Positions 42,877 to 56,569 of a stretch of 64,000 nt of DNA are shown here, one piece after another. A program made the translations under genes and the position numbers. The first letter of the stretch is position 1. Each line of letters opens with the position of its first letter. Origin of the DNA: Eledone cirrhosa (taxonomy: Eukaryota); the NCBI GenBank assembly GCA_964016885.1, contig OZ024746.1:35588001-35652000 (forward strand). The letters are read 5' to 3'. The notes beneath the pieces were generated by a model. It ran no database searches. It was not told the origin of the DNA and worked only from the letters and a program-made list of their open reading frames with translations.

Positions 42877-43900
42877 ATATATATATATATAAAATATATA
42901 TTTACAATATATATATATGAGCAAGCACCAGTAATAAAGCAACAAATAACGGCAAGAACAAAGAAACGTAAAACAAGGAATATATGAAATATGAAAAGAG
43001 TTGATATAAGATGAAACGGTTGCGTAAACTATATGATAGCAATCAATCGGGAATGAAATAAAGTGCTATAACTACAACAACAACGCTTACACGAACAATT
43101 ACAAAGACAACAACATTAACAACAACAACAGCAATATCAATACAGTCACCATCACCACCAACATTAAATGTAGCAACAATAACAAAACGACAACAGCAGC
43201 ATCAACTACAGAAATATGACTATATCTAGAAACAAATAAAATCTAAAATAATAGCAACCAGTAATATCTTCGTGAATTTTTCAAAGCTTTAGATCATTTG
43301 GTTGAGTGTATCATTGAATGTATAAAAAGGGTGATACGCTTCCTTTATCATAGAAATGGCAAGTAATAATTATTGCAACACGTTAATTCAATGAGGCTGA
43401 AAACACATCGCCACCCGTTACTACACAGTTATTTGCATTCTTTCACATAGCTATATGATAATTTTAAAATATCACCATTTATATAAGAGTCATCATTTCA
43501 GAAGCGCTTGTTACTATACTCAATAGCAAAATCTGCATTATAAATAGCAGCAAAACAATTTTCATCATCATCATAAGTTTAATATTCATAAAGTCATCAA
43601 TAAATGTAACATCCAATATTCTATCATAATAGATAGTAAACAGAGATCGACGCAAATGTATATATATACATATATATATATACAGATATATAAATAGATA
43701 TATGCGTGTGTGTGTGTGCGTATGAGTGTGTGTGAGTTTATGTGTGTGCGTCTGTGGCTGAATGCGTGTTTCTGTGTGTATGAATGTATGTGTGTGTTTT
43801 CTATATGTGTAACTTCAATCTTAAATGTATATAGACGCACACCGGCGCGCACACACGGTTTATTTATGCATTCCTATGTTTGTTTTGCTCCCTTTATCAG

Positions 43901-43974
<74 letters not shown>

Positions 43975-44285
43975 AGACGTGGCTTTTTTCTCTCATCAAA
44001 CTCGATAGAACTTATGTTCGATATGAGTTGTCGATATGATATTTTCCATCTGTTTACGTTGCTTCACCCTTCGTATCTGTTCACATTTCTTTCTCTCTCT
44101 CTCTACCTTTTTTTATACGAATAACTTATTTTAGTTATTGTTCGCCCTAGGCTGAGGTATCTTGTCTCTAACGCGAAGAAATACTTATGATTTCTAGCAG
44201 ACAACTGACGATGGATATTACCCACTTTCGCCCGTGATTTTATTTTCATTATACTTAATTGCAACCACATAGCTGCCATTTTATT

Positions 44286-44360
<75 letters not shown>

Positions 44361-44363
<3 letters not shown>

Positions 44364-44953
44364 TATGTATACGTACATACATATATGTATACAGACGTAC
44401 AGTAGTATGTCTATATATACATACTACTGTACGTCTGTATACATATATGTATGTACGTATACATACATATATTATAAGTAACAGCCGTACTAAGAGTGAG
44501 AAATGAAATTTCGTTTCATTTCTTTCCGTTTATCGTTTTCGGTACCCCGGCCGATTAACTCACTCGATATGCAAATTAGGCTGCTCAGCCGTTAATATGC
44601 ATAAGGAAAGTATATACTTTCAGACGTTCAACCATCTGGCAGGAAGGTATACGTTGCTGACGATAGCTAATAAGCTTGAAACTAGTACAGCGTTCCTTTG
44701 TCAGTGTTGAACAAATGATCAACGATGGTTGCTAGACACTGTACAGCTTAATTCGTGATGTTTGTTTACAAACACACCGAGCATTATAATAAATGTTCGG
44801 TGAATCCATACGTACATATATATATGTGTGCATGTATGTATATATACATACTACTGTACGTCTGTATACATATATGTATGTACATATACATACTTATATT
44901 TAAGTAACAGCCGTACTAAGAGTAAGAAATGAAGTTTCTTTTCATATTTTTCC

Positions 44954-44958
<5 letters not shown>
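44361..44958 (+). mobile_element. Retrozyme-like non-coding unit: 5' snap-back palindrome plus partial tandem (period 427) with one hammerhead
   Basis: Palindrome 44363-44467; 44412-44532 repeated at 44840-44959; (TA)n both sides. Confidence 0.75.
44651..44693 (+). ncRNA. Minimal type I hammerhead ribozyme, intact core
   Basis: acgttg-CTGACGA-t-agct aata agct-t-GAAA-ctag-TA-cagcgt; palindrome ACTAGT; predicted cleavage after 44687; distal aggaa/ttcct pairing. Confidence 0.9.
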
Positions 44959-45031
<73 letters not shown>

Positions 45032-45444
45032 CAATAACAGATTAAAGTTTAAGCAAAGAATCGCTGCTTTCACCCTTAACGGGATCTTCTGAAACTAACA
45101 AAGTCAATCTGTGAACGCAGAAGTGAATATTTAAAAAAACATCGCAACGGGAGGAAGACAAGAAGACGATACTTTGGTTCCTGGAAACGTTCCCTGGCAA
45201 AGAACGTGAAAAAACGAATATAATACGTCACTATTTGGAGCGGTGAAAAACAATTACACTTAAAGACAAAACCACGTTTATGGTATAAAAGAAGTCGTAG
45301 ACTAATATTCTATTAGGTGATTCATAGACACGTTCTCTGGCAATGAACGAAAAAAAACGAAGATAATACGTCATATGTGGAGCGTGAAGAACCAAAGCAC
45401 ACAAAGACAAAACCACGTAAATGGTATAACATAAATATAGTAAC

Positions 45445-45925
45445 ATTTTTAATAGAAATACTATTAAAATGTTTTACTCAACGACTCCTAACCTTTCACA
45501 CAACATCACAGCTTCAAATTTAGCTAAACTACCTAGCCGTAGGAACACGTGCAACCCTGTAGTTAGTACTAACTGTAATTGTAGGAATCGGGTTGACTGC
45601 CCCCTATCCGGGAAATGCCTCTCTAGTAACATTGTCGTAATTACGGTATGTGCGCATTTCTTCTAAGTTAAATTTTACACCTAATTGTGTATGGCTGATG
45701 GTATATTTAGTCAGTTTCTACATGCTGTCGAAATGTTGGATAAATACTCGATTGAGGCCGCCGCGAAGAGGCTACGTTCGGTTATTTGTCGGAGATTTCC
45801 CCATAGGAGCATTTATTCTTATAGATTGTTCTCATTGATTTTTTGATATGGTTAGTTATGCTAATTAGAATAAGAAATAGTATATATTTTATTATCTGAT
45901 GATTCTAAAGACATGATCTATGATA
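45445..45925 (+). mobile_element. Internally deleted Naiad-like fragment fused to its 3' UTR
   Basis: IFNRNTIKMFYSTTPNLSHNI...CNCRNRVDCPLSGKCLSSNIV, then sequence homologous to 41980-42265. Confidence 0.8.
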
Positions 45926-45928
45926 TAT

Positions 45929-46015
<87 letters not shown>

Positions 46016-46020
46016 TATAC

Positions 46021-46354
46021 AATATTAAATAAATGGAAACTATATTTATAAAACCATATTTATTTCATTATATATATTTCAGGGATATCATATTAACAAT
46101 ATGCTATGCCTTCCTCAGACAAAATACAATATAAACAGTTTTATAGATAAATAGATTTGACATACCGTAACAACATCGACTTGTATTTGAAAAGTTGAAT
46201 TGGCAGTGAAAAAATTGTACACAGAGAGAAAGAAAGAGAGAAAAGGAAAGAAAGACAGAAAACGAAGAAAAAGAAGAAAAAAAGAAGAAATGCATGGAAC
46301 AAAATAGAGAGATGGAAAGATAGATAAAGAGAAGAACTTCATGTAAAGAAACAG

Positions 46355-46392
<38 letters not shown>

Positions 46393-49300
46393 GAAATAGA
46401 GATAGATACATATATATAGAAAACTAGGTAGTGGGACGTCCGTTGAGTAAACGTATCAATGATACATTTATTTATTTATTTATTTATTTAGCTCTAGTAT
46501 TAATGTAAGGGAGATATATGTGGTTAGGAAAGAAACCAGCTGTTATATAGAGAGAAAAATTAAAAATAACCAGACATAGGCGAGGCATAAAACCCTATGT
46601 TTTAATGTAGAGGTATTAGTATGTATAAAAACCAGCCACTATATTGTAAATATTAGTATTCCTGAATGAGACATGTATCCATAATGTGTGAAAAGTAATG
46701 ATCTTATGTTTAGTTTTTTTTAAAAATTCATATGTTTATGTGATAACATCTATGTGAATTTACATGATCAACTTTGCAAACCCTAAGTTCACGGAAAACA
46801 TTCTCATTGTGCTATAAAAATTTAAGTATACATATATGTGTATATATACACACAAATATATATAGAGTAAATATTACTACTATTCCTGTCTTTACTCTAC
46901 AAGATTATCTATCAAGCAGAAATAGAGAGCAGATTTCACTATACTAATAAAAAAAAAATATCAGAAACAAATCCAAAAAATAACAATAATAATAATAATT
47001 AAAAAATATTACGAAAGAATATTACATATTAAAAATATTACATATTAAAAATATTAAAAATAAAAATATTAGAAAATACTACAATAATAAAAATAAACCA
47101 CAAAGATCAACCCTTCAAAATTAATTGACAATATATTGCCAAGTTCATTATAAGCATCAGAGTCGAAAACCAGATAAAGCCAAAAATTATTTATCAAATC
47201 GCATCTAGCAAAGATCATTTCAAAAAGTTTAGGATGCCCATTTGGTCTACATGTGTTCTTATATTTAATATAGAAGTTTATCTAGTGTAACGTTTATTCG
47301 AAATATTTGGAGCATCAACTTTTAGGGTAGCTTAATTTTTCATGAAGAATGTTTAAATAAAAATAAAAATAAAAATAAAAAGAAGAAAAAGAAGAAATCA
47401 AAGATTTATCGGCTAGTTTCCCATATAATTATAAATCAAACTAAATATACTACATTTTAAATTTAAATTTATATTTAAACGTTGAGTTTAATCTATGTTT
47501 GCAGCAACTGAATAAATTTGTCCGTAGATTAAGGGAATTTTTAGATTTTAGTATAAAGAATATCTCCTCTGCGCAGAGGTCACATGTCTCAGAGGATGAA
47601 TTAAAAGGAATCCCTCTTGAGACTATATTCCAAGCCGTCGAATATCTAACGTTATCTAGCTTAAGTTGCCAGAGTACGCCTGATAGTGCCGTTGAAGATT
47701 TTTTGCTTGGATCTGTGAAAGCATTCTTGTGGTTATTATAGCGAAGTTTAAATTCCGTCGATGTGGAACCGACGTAGTTAAAAGAATTAGAGTCAGTTTT
47801 AACATTACAATTGTATACTATATTTTTAACTAAGCAGTTGTTATTTAACGGACATTTAGATCTATCTCTACAGTTACATTTGTTAACTTGTATATTATTT
47901 ATGCTATTATCACTAGGTTTTAAGTTCCTATTATTTATTCTATTAATATTTTGTGCTAAATTTTTGGTGGATGAGTAGGTTAATTTTATTGTATGTCTAT
48001 TGAAAATTGAGTGATACCTATGTGTTCTAGGGAAGCGATTATCAAGAGCTTTAAAAAATAGTTTAGCGATGTGGGTTTTAATGTTTAGTGAGAAAGGGGG
48101 GGCAAACCAAATTATGTTCCTAGTTCTATTTCTTGTTTGGCCTTTGGAATTATTGCAATGCTTTCTATTATAGTTGTTAAGGTTGTTGCCGTAATTAAAA
48201 TAGTTGTTATTTTGTTTAGTTTGTCTATCATTATCTATGTACATAATCTTATCAGCATATCCTGCTCTAGCTAATGCTTCATTGTAGTATTGGGCTTTTT
48301 CGTCGAAAATCTTTCTATTCGACGAGATCCTAGAGATACGTTTTTGAACAGAGTTTACTATAGTGTTTTTGACAGATCTGGGGTGGTTAGAGTTAAAGTT
48401 GACATAGTTTAAGTTTTCATTCAACTTGTGAAAAGGATAGTGAAGACATGTGTTGAGATTTAATGTTATATCTAGGAAATTGACTATTCTATGGTTGTTC
48501 TCAATTTCTATTTTAAGATTAAAGTAATTAAAAAATTGTGTAATTTGTTTACATTTTCTATTTAGTTCAGAGTTATTATTATCAATATATAGAGATCTAG
48601 GATCTCGTCGAATAGAAAGATTTTCGACGAAAAAGCCCAATACTACAATGAAGCATTAGCTAGAGCAGGATATGCTGATAAGATTATGTACATAGATAAT
48701 GATAGACAAACTAAACAAAATAACAACTATTTTAATTACGGCATCAACCTTAACAACTATAATAGAAAGCATTGCAATAATTCCAAAGGCCAAAAAAGAA
48801 ATAGAACTAGATTTTTATAGCACAATGAGAATGTTTTCCGTGAACCTAGGGTTTGCAGAGTTGATCATGTAAATTCACATAGATGTTATCACATAAACAT
48901 ATGAATTTTTAAAAAAAACTAAACATAAGATCATTACTTTTCACACATTATGGATACATGTCTCATTCAGGAATACTAATATTTACAATATAGTGGCTGG
49001 TTTTTATACATACTAATACCTCTACATTAAAACATAGGGTTTTATGCCTCGCCTATGTCTGGTTATTTTTAATTTTTCTCTCTATATAACAGCTGGTTTC
49101 TTTCCTAACCACATATATCTCCCTTACATTAATACTAGAGCTAAATAAATAAATAAATAAATAAATGTATCATTGATACGTTTACTCAACGGACGTCCCA
49201 CTACCTAGTTTTCTATATATATGTATCCATCTCTATTTCCTCTCTCTCTCTATATATATATATATCTCTGTTTCTTTACATGAAGTTCTTCTCTTTATCT

Positions 49301-49690
49301 ATCTTTCCATCTCTCTATTTTGTTCCATGCATTTCTTCTTTTTTTCTTCTTTTTCTTCGTTTTCTGTCTTTCTTTCCTTTTCTCTCTTTCTTTCTCTCTG
49401 TGTACAATTTTTTCACTGCCAATTCAACTTTTCAAATACAAGTCGATGTTGTTACGGTATGTCAAATCTATTTATCTATAAAACTGTTTATATTGTAATT
49501 TGTCTGAGGAAGGCATAGCATATTGTTAATATGATATCCCTGAAATATATATAATGAAATAAATATGGTTTTATAAATATAGTTTCCATTTATTTAATAT
49601 TGTAAATATACTCCAAATACTTGTCGAGTGCTTTTATATCAGTTATAAATATTTACTAGTTGTAACCCAACAATTTAAATATAACTTTCC
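46021..49690 (-). mobile_element. 5'-truncated Naiad-like Penelope element with inverted, internally deleted second arm
   Basis: Coding arm 46021-48597 (-). 48597-48810 is the reverse complement of 48120-48334, and 48811-49601 is the reverse complement of 46021-46820. Tail to 49690. Hammerheads (CTGAGGA, TATATA) at 46061-46126 (-) and 49496-49561 (+). Confidence 0.9.
47450..48597 (-). CDS. Naiad-like PLE RT thumb plus GIY-YIG endonuclease (5'-truncated, frame open)
   Basis: VNFLDITLNL, YVNFNSNHP, IIWFAPPFS, CNCRDRSKCP, NIVY...YVGST...RYNNH, CDLCAEE...LNLR...CKHR. The listed ORF start at 48640 lies in the inverted arm and is an artefact. Confidence 0.9.
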
Positions 49691-49823
<133 letters not shown>

Positions 49824-49861
49824 TATATATACATATATATGTATATATATATATATACATT

Positions 49862-50082
<221 letters not shown>

Positions 50083-50810
50083 TCTACCTGGAGTTGCGAC
50101 CGATAGATAGTATTAGCAATTGGAAAGACCAACGGAAACATTGTTCCCTCGGTCCGATTTGACGAAATTCGATCGTTCCATTATTAATATATATATATAT
50201 ATTTAGTAAATGTTGGTTGTATACCAACACCTCAGTATGCAGAATGGAGCACTCGACGAGTGCGCAGGTTGGTTTGGTTACCCCAGAGTAATGTAAAATA
50301 AAATAATTAAGTCAAATATTTAAAATTTGGCTTCGTTTATTATACGCAAGGAGCAATCCGTCTTGTATACTGTGTATTGAAGAAAGAATAAATATTCTAA
50401 GGAGATTACGCAATATCGATTGCCTAAATTCAAAATATGACATCTTCTCACGTTGTCCACGAGTCTGGAAACACATCTAGCATAACTACAAAGCTCCAGA
50501 TTGAATAACAACAACATTCTAATTTTCTAATCAACTCGAACATTTTATTCCGGACATTCGCAGTTATCTCCCTTACACCTTTGGCCCATGGTTTTGTATC
50601 GCTTGGGTGAAGTGACCGTTTCTGCGCATGCGCGTTTATGCGGTTGTTCTTCCTGTTCCGTATAAGCAATACCAGTCCGAGCTTAAGATCCGTATAAGGC
50701 GAAACAATTCTTCTCGGTATGGTGAACTAACTGTTGTGGTACTACTTCTACCAAACTCGTCCCGTGGACTGAGTGCTCTACCACTACCGATATTAGCTTC
50801 CAGAGTTCTA

Positions 50811-50928
<118 letters not shown>

Positions 50929-51189
50929 TATATATATATGAAGGGACAGAGAGAGAGAGAGAGCGAGAGAGGGAGAGAGAGATGTATATATATATATATA
51001 AAAATAGGACAAAATACATAACGAAACCAAATATAATATCACGACCAAAAGTTCATCAAGCGAACACCAACAGGAATATAAATCTTGAACAGAGAAAAAT
51101 CCATTTTTTAACGTCAGGACAACAAAAACCGGAAAAAGAAAAACTCCAGGAGGAAACATACCCAAAACAGCTGTACACGTAGATCCTAA

Positions 51190-53387
51190 AATAATTAATT
51201 TATCTAAAAGAGATCTTGACAATGATGAAATGCAAATTCTGTCAAAAGGACTGAAATTCACACCGACTCCAACAGTCAACCACCAATAACTGAAGGAGGA
51301 TACACAAGAATTCTGTCGAAAATTACGTCTTGTAGAATTCTTCGCTGATAAAAATAATGAGAGTGATGAATCACTAGTAAAGAATAAATCAAAAGGAAGA
51401 AATATCTATCTCGACCAATACATTGACATCCTGTCTAAATTTCCTCTTAGACATAATATTAATGTTAGGCCAAACATTAACAAATCAGAAATGTCTGCAC
51501 TTAAACGTATACAAAATGATAAAACAATAATAATTAAACAAGCAGATAAAGGGGGTGCAGTTGTTATAATGGATACTGAATACTACAAGGATTTGGTTGA
51601 GGAACAACTGAAAGACACAACATTTTATCATGAAATACCGTCAAATATAGACCACAACATCATGAAGAAGATCAACAACCTGGCTTCAAAATACCACAAC
51701 TCATTTACTGATAAGGAAAGGGACTACATCACCAATTTTGAGCCGAAACCCAGCAACCTGTATGGCCTACCGAAAGTTCATAAGTCAAAAGAAATACAAC
51801 TGGCAGTAAGAGAACAAAACAGTGAGTACATTAAATTATTACACCCAAAAGACTTAAAACTTAGACCTATTATAGCTGGTCCAACATGCCCCACTCACCG
51901 TCTAAGCAATTTTGTTGACATTATTTTGAAACCACTATGTATTCACATACCCAGTTTCATCCGGGATGATATCGACTTCCTGTCCCATCTTCCCAAAACC
52001 ACGGAAACGAATTCACTTCTACTCAGTTTTGATGTGGTAAGCCTTTACACCAACATTACACATCATTTAGGAATAAAGGCGGTTAAATACTGGGTGGAAA
52101 AACATAGAGAAGTGATTCACAGCGACATTTATATTAGACGCAGTTAAACTTATTCTGGAAAACAACACTTTCTTCTTCAATGGAAAGAATTACATCCAAA
52201 TTAGAGGCACAGCGATGGGAACGAAGTTTGCTCCCGTTTACGCGAACTCTGTAATGGGATACTTAGAACAACAACTCTACCAAGAAATAGAGGAAAATAT
52301 AGTACTGACTTTAGAAAGTACATTGAAAAATCTTGGAAGAGATACCTTGACGACTGTTTCATCATCTGGACAGAATCTCTAGATACTCTGGATGAGTTCA
52401 ATATCCTCCTGAATAACCTATACCCATCTCTCCAATTCACAAAAGAGATGAGTAGGACCAAATTACCATTCCTAGATATAATGATAATCAAAAACGACAC
52501 CACCATTACCACGGATATATATTATAAACACACAGACACCCATCAATATCTGAATTTTAAGTCGTGCCATCCACCTCATACAAAACGCAACATCCCATAC
52601 TGCCTAGCCAGAAGAATTTGTACCATTGTAGAAGATACGAATACCAGGTACAAACGCCTAACAGAACTAAGAGAATTTTTGCAAAAACAAAAATACCCAT
52701 CTCTACTTATAGAAAATGGCATACAGCGGGCTATAAAAATACCTATACAACAACTTAGAACAACCCAAGGAAGAAGAAACCAAGAACTGATCATACCATT
52801 TATAATGACACACAACCCATGTCACCAGAATATCTTCAACACTGCCAAAGCAAACCTACCGATCATTGCTCAAAGTAATGAAGTAAAAGGCTTAATCACA
52901 GATCGATCTTTGACTCTTAGTAAAAGACAGCCAAAAAATTTAAAGCAATTACTAACAAAAGCAAAGTTTGACCTTAACAACAAAGACCAAACATTCACTG
53001 TATCTAAATGCAATGATAGTCGATGCAGCACATGTCAATCCATACACGCCGGTCAATATATGAAAACAAAAACTGGAAAAATATTCCCAAATGCAAATAT
53101 GAACTGCAAAAGCAGAAATCTAATTTGCTGCATTAAATGCCCGAATTGTGAAGAAATATGTCAGTCAAACTGGAAATGCACTATCGGAACGTGAACGGGT
53201 ACACCGTCAACAAATCAGAGACCCAAATGTCCGTCAGATACCCGTAAGCAACCACCTAGCAACATGTAGTCAGGGAATATTTATAATATTCCCATTCTAC
53301 AAATTACACAGCCCAAGTGAAATCAAGAGAAAAATCAAAGAAAATAATTTTATTGATAAATTTAAACCCAAGCTAAATGAACAATAA
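51190..53387 (+). pseudogene. PLE reverse transcriptase plus C-terminal GIY-YIG endonuclease, with stop and frameshifts
   Basis: IINLS...LSKGLKFTPTP; KQADKGGAVV; YGLPKVHK; RPIIAG; FDVVSLYTNI; [10 protein letters not shown]; RYLDDCF; LPFLD; YYKHTDTHQYL..HP; CNDSRCSTC; CIKCPNC; YVSQT; KPKLN. Confidence 0.95.
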
Positions 53388-53539
53388 TAACGCTTAGGGG
53401 TATTACTTCTACTACCACTATGACCACGACCACTAACAACACCAACAACAACAACAACAATAATAATAATAATAAAAGTGATGTTGATGGTGATGATTAA
53501 TAGAAAATGCTATTTTCATCATTTCTAAAAATAGCAAAA

Positions 53540-53740
53540 CAATTGGTGCTTTGGATATGATTATTGGTCGTTAGCATGCTCAACCAGCCGTGACGCTTAA
53601 ACCAATCAGCTTTAGTAATTCAGTGAAACTACACACTGATTGGTCGAAATACAGTTTACAGGTCTTAGCATTCTGGGGCCACTTTTCTCTGTATAAAATG
53701 TATAAAAAGTAGGAAATTTACCCATCTCATTACAGTTGAA
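53540..53740 (+). promoter_or_regulatory. Putative Pol II promoter in the PLE pLTR
   Basis: CCAAT/ATTGG at 53542, 53563, 53602, 53639; TATAAAA at 53692 and 53701; Inr-like tcatt at ~53727. Confidence 0.5.
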
Positions 53741-53770
53741 AATTGCAAACTCGACTGTCACCACATATTA

Positions 53771-53809
53771 TGAACCTAAAGATTGCGAAAGCATGAAAGT
53801 ACTTGTTCA
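53771..53809 (+). ncRNA. Degenerate minimal hammerhead in the pLTR
   Basis: tgaac-CTAAAGA-t-tgc gaaa gca-t-GAAA-gtac-TT-gttca; G5->A, palindrome AAGTACTT. Confidence 0.65.
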
Positions 53810-53940
53810 ATTAACACTTAGAATTTAATATTCTATCATACTATTTCATTATAATACCATGATATATTTTAAAGGATTGTAAATAAAACGAGTAAATCAG
53901 ACAAAGTTGGAATTCCTCTTATTAATATATATATATATAC

Positions 53941-56508
53941 TATAAGATCAAAAGATGGTTAAAGGAGTTCCATGTATTTTATTATGCGCATTTCAAAAAC
54001 AAACATCATCATGCAATAATATTTGTGTTTTCATCAGATAAAACAGGAGAACATGATATGAAGGCTAAAAAACACTTGTGGATAGTGCAGATTTAAATCA
54101 ACATATGAAAAGTGGTTTTAGATTGATGTGTGATATTGGGAAAAATATTTTATTTAGAGAGGGGGGGGGGAAGGTTGAAAAAGGGGAGGAGATTAGAGGG
54201 AGAGATGGGTGATAGAGAGAAAGAGATAGTTTTTATAACTGAGAGAAGATATATTGTTTTACATAGAGAGGTTGAAAACAGTTGGAAGATAATGCATAAA
54301 TTAAAAGAATTTGAAAATTAACGAAGGAAAAATATGTACGAGGAAAAAATATCTTATTTAGGGAGGGGTGGTGGAAAGGATGAAAAAAGGGGGAGGAGAT
54401 GAGAGTGAAGGTGGAGAGGGAGAGATGGGTGATAGAGAGAAAGAGATAGTTTTTATAACTGAGAAAAGATATATTGTTTTACATAGAGAGGTTGAGAACC
54501 GTTGGAAGATAATGTATAAATTAAAAGAATTTGAAAATTAACGAAGGGAGAAATATTTGCGAGGAAAGAGAGGGTGTTTATGTATGAAGATAGAGAGAAA
54601 AAAATAATAATTGTGGATGAATATTCTAACGTCAAAAAGGTGTATGTTGATAAGTATTGTGGCAATTTCAAAATTAACGAAGAGAAAAAATTATTAAGGT
54701 TTGTGTGTAGAAGGATTTGAGAAAAATAATGTGAAGTTAAAGTTTGTATATTGAAGGAATTGATAATATGTGCGAAGAAAGAGTTAATATGTATTAAGAA
54801 TGAGTTCGTTGATGGGGAGAAAAAAATAATAATTTAAGGATGAAATTGAGATTAAAAAGTTTTATGATAGAGAGAAAAAATAATAATAATAATTGCGGAT
54901 GAATATTCTAAGGTCAAAAAAACAAATGTATATGTAAATGTAAATCTCTTCCTTCCAACATGGAATTTCATAATAACACTAATAGTACTCCCGACGTCAT
55001 TGTAAACCCTAGGCTAACTTCTGTAAACCCAAATACAAAGTCAAAGACAACTTCGCTAAATGTTCATAATCCAACTCTAAATCAAGAAACTATTATTCCT
55101 ATTATTCCTATCGCAAACAACTTCTCCAATCCAATTCCTTCTATAGATAACACTAGGTCACTCATTAATAATCTCTCTAATTGCAACTGCCGCATTAAAA
55201 ATAAATGTCCTCTCAACAACCATTGTCTTGATAAAAACTTAATTTATGAATGTAAAGTTATAACTAGCACCAATTCCTTCACCTATTTTGGCTCCACTTC
55301 CACCTCTTTTAAAGCTCGTCTCTATAATCACCATTCATCTTTCAAATACAAACTTAAAAGAACCTAAATGAAAAATGTACCATTATCTCTAATCTAGATT
55401 CTATAATAAATAGACGTACAGATTTGTTTTCTATCTGCCTGCATAAATTCCATAGGACTTTTCACAAAGTATACAGTTAATATTCAATTCTTTATCAATT
55501 TAGAATCTTTTCTCAAAGGCACATATACATACACCTCTTTAAAATATACCCATCTTCCTACCTTACTTCAAAGGGCATTATACACTCTATAATACTTGTT
55601 TACTCATTACCCTCTTTCTATATTCACCTTGTAAAATCCTTCATAACATATACATTTGTTTTTTTGACGTTAGAATATTCATCCGCAATTATTATTATCA
55701 TTATTTCACTCTATCATAAAACTTTTTAATCTCAATTTCATCCTTAATTTATTATTTTTTTCTCCCCATCAACGAACTCATTCTTAATACATATTAACTC
55801 TTTCTTCGCACATATTATCAATTCCTTCAATATACAAACTTTAACTTCACATTATTTTTCTCAAATCCTTCTACACACAAACCTTAATACTTTTTTCTCT
55901 TCGTTAATTTTGAAATTGCCACAATACTTATCAACATACACCTTTTAGACGTTAGAATATTCATCCACAATTATTATTTTTTTCTCTCTATCTTCATACA
56001 TAAACTCCCTCTCTTTCCTCGCAAATATTTCTCCCTTCGTTAATTTTCAAATTCTTTTAATTCATACATTATCTTCCGACGGTTCTCAACCTCTCTATGT
56101 AAAACAATATATCTTTTCTCAGTTATAAAAACTATCTCTTTCTCTCTATCACCCCTCTCTCCCTCTCATCTCCTCCCCTTTTTCATCCTTTCCACCCCCC
56201 CTCTCTAAATAAAATATTTTTCCCAATATCACACATCAATCTAAAACCATTTTTCATATGTTGATTTAAAACTGCACTATCCACACGTGTTTTTTAGCCT
56301 TCATATCATGTTCTCCTGTTTTATCTGATGAAAACACAAATATTATTGCATGATGATGTTTGTTTTTGAAATGCGCATAATAAAATACATGGAACTCCTT
56401 TAACCATCTTTTGATCTTATATTATGTATACTCCAGTCCTACAAACTGTAGAGTGTTTCTTATCCGATATCTGCATTGCTTTATTGTACTACAATAAAAC
56501 TCACCTCC

Positions 56509-56510
<2 letters not shown>
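53941..56510 (+). mobile_element. Fold-back Naiad-like remnant: endonuclease fragment between inverted 3' UTRs
   Basis: 53941-54936 is the reverse complement of 55646-56421. Spacer ORF has CNCRIKNKCPLNNHCLDKNLIY...YFGSTSTSFKARLYNH. Hammerheads 53975-54045 (-) and 56317-56387 (+). Tail to 56510. Confidence 0.9.
56317..56387 (+). ncRNA. Minimal type I hammerhead ribozyme (mirror copy 53975-54045, minus)
   Basis: tgttttat-CTGATGA-aaacacaaatattatt gc atgatgatgtttgttttt-GAAA-tgcgca-TA-ataaaata. Confidence 0.85.

Positions 56511-56567
<57 letters not shown>

Positions 56568-56569
<2 letters not shown>

Larger units (their letters stand above)
51000..53922 (+). mobile_element. Near full-length Penelope-like element (Neptune-like) with 3' pLTR
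   Basis: Long RT+EN coding region followed by a UTR with promoter-like motifs and a hammerhead relic; (TA)n both sides. Confidence 0.92.

Noticed and set aside
48598-48640. ATG start of the 396-aa ORF
   Set aside because: It lies in the inverted arm; the real ORF is 5'-truncated.
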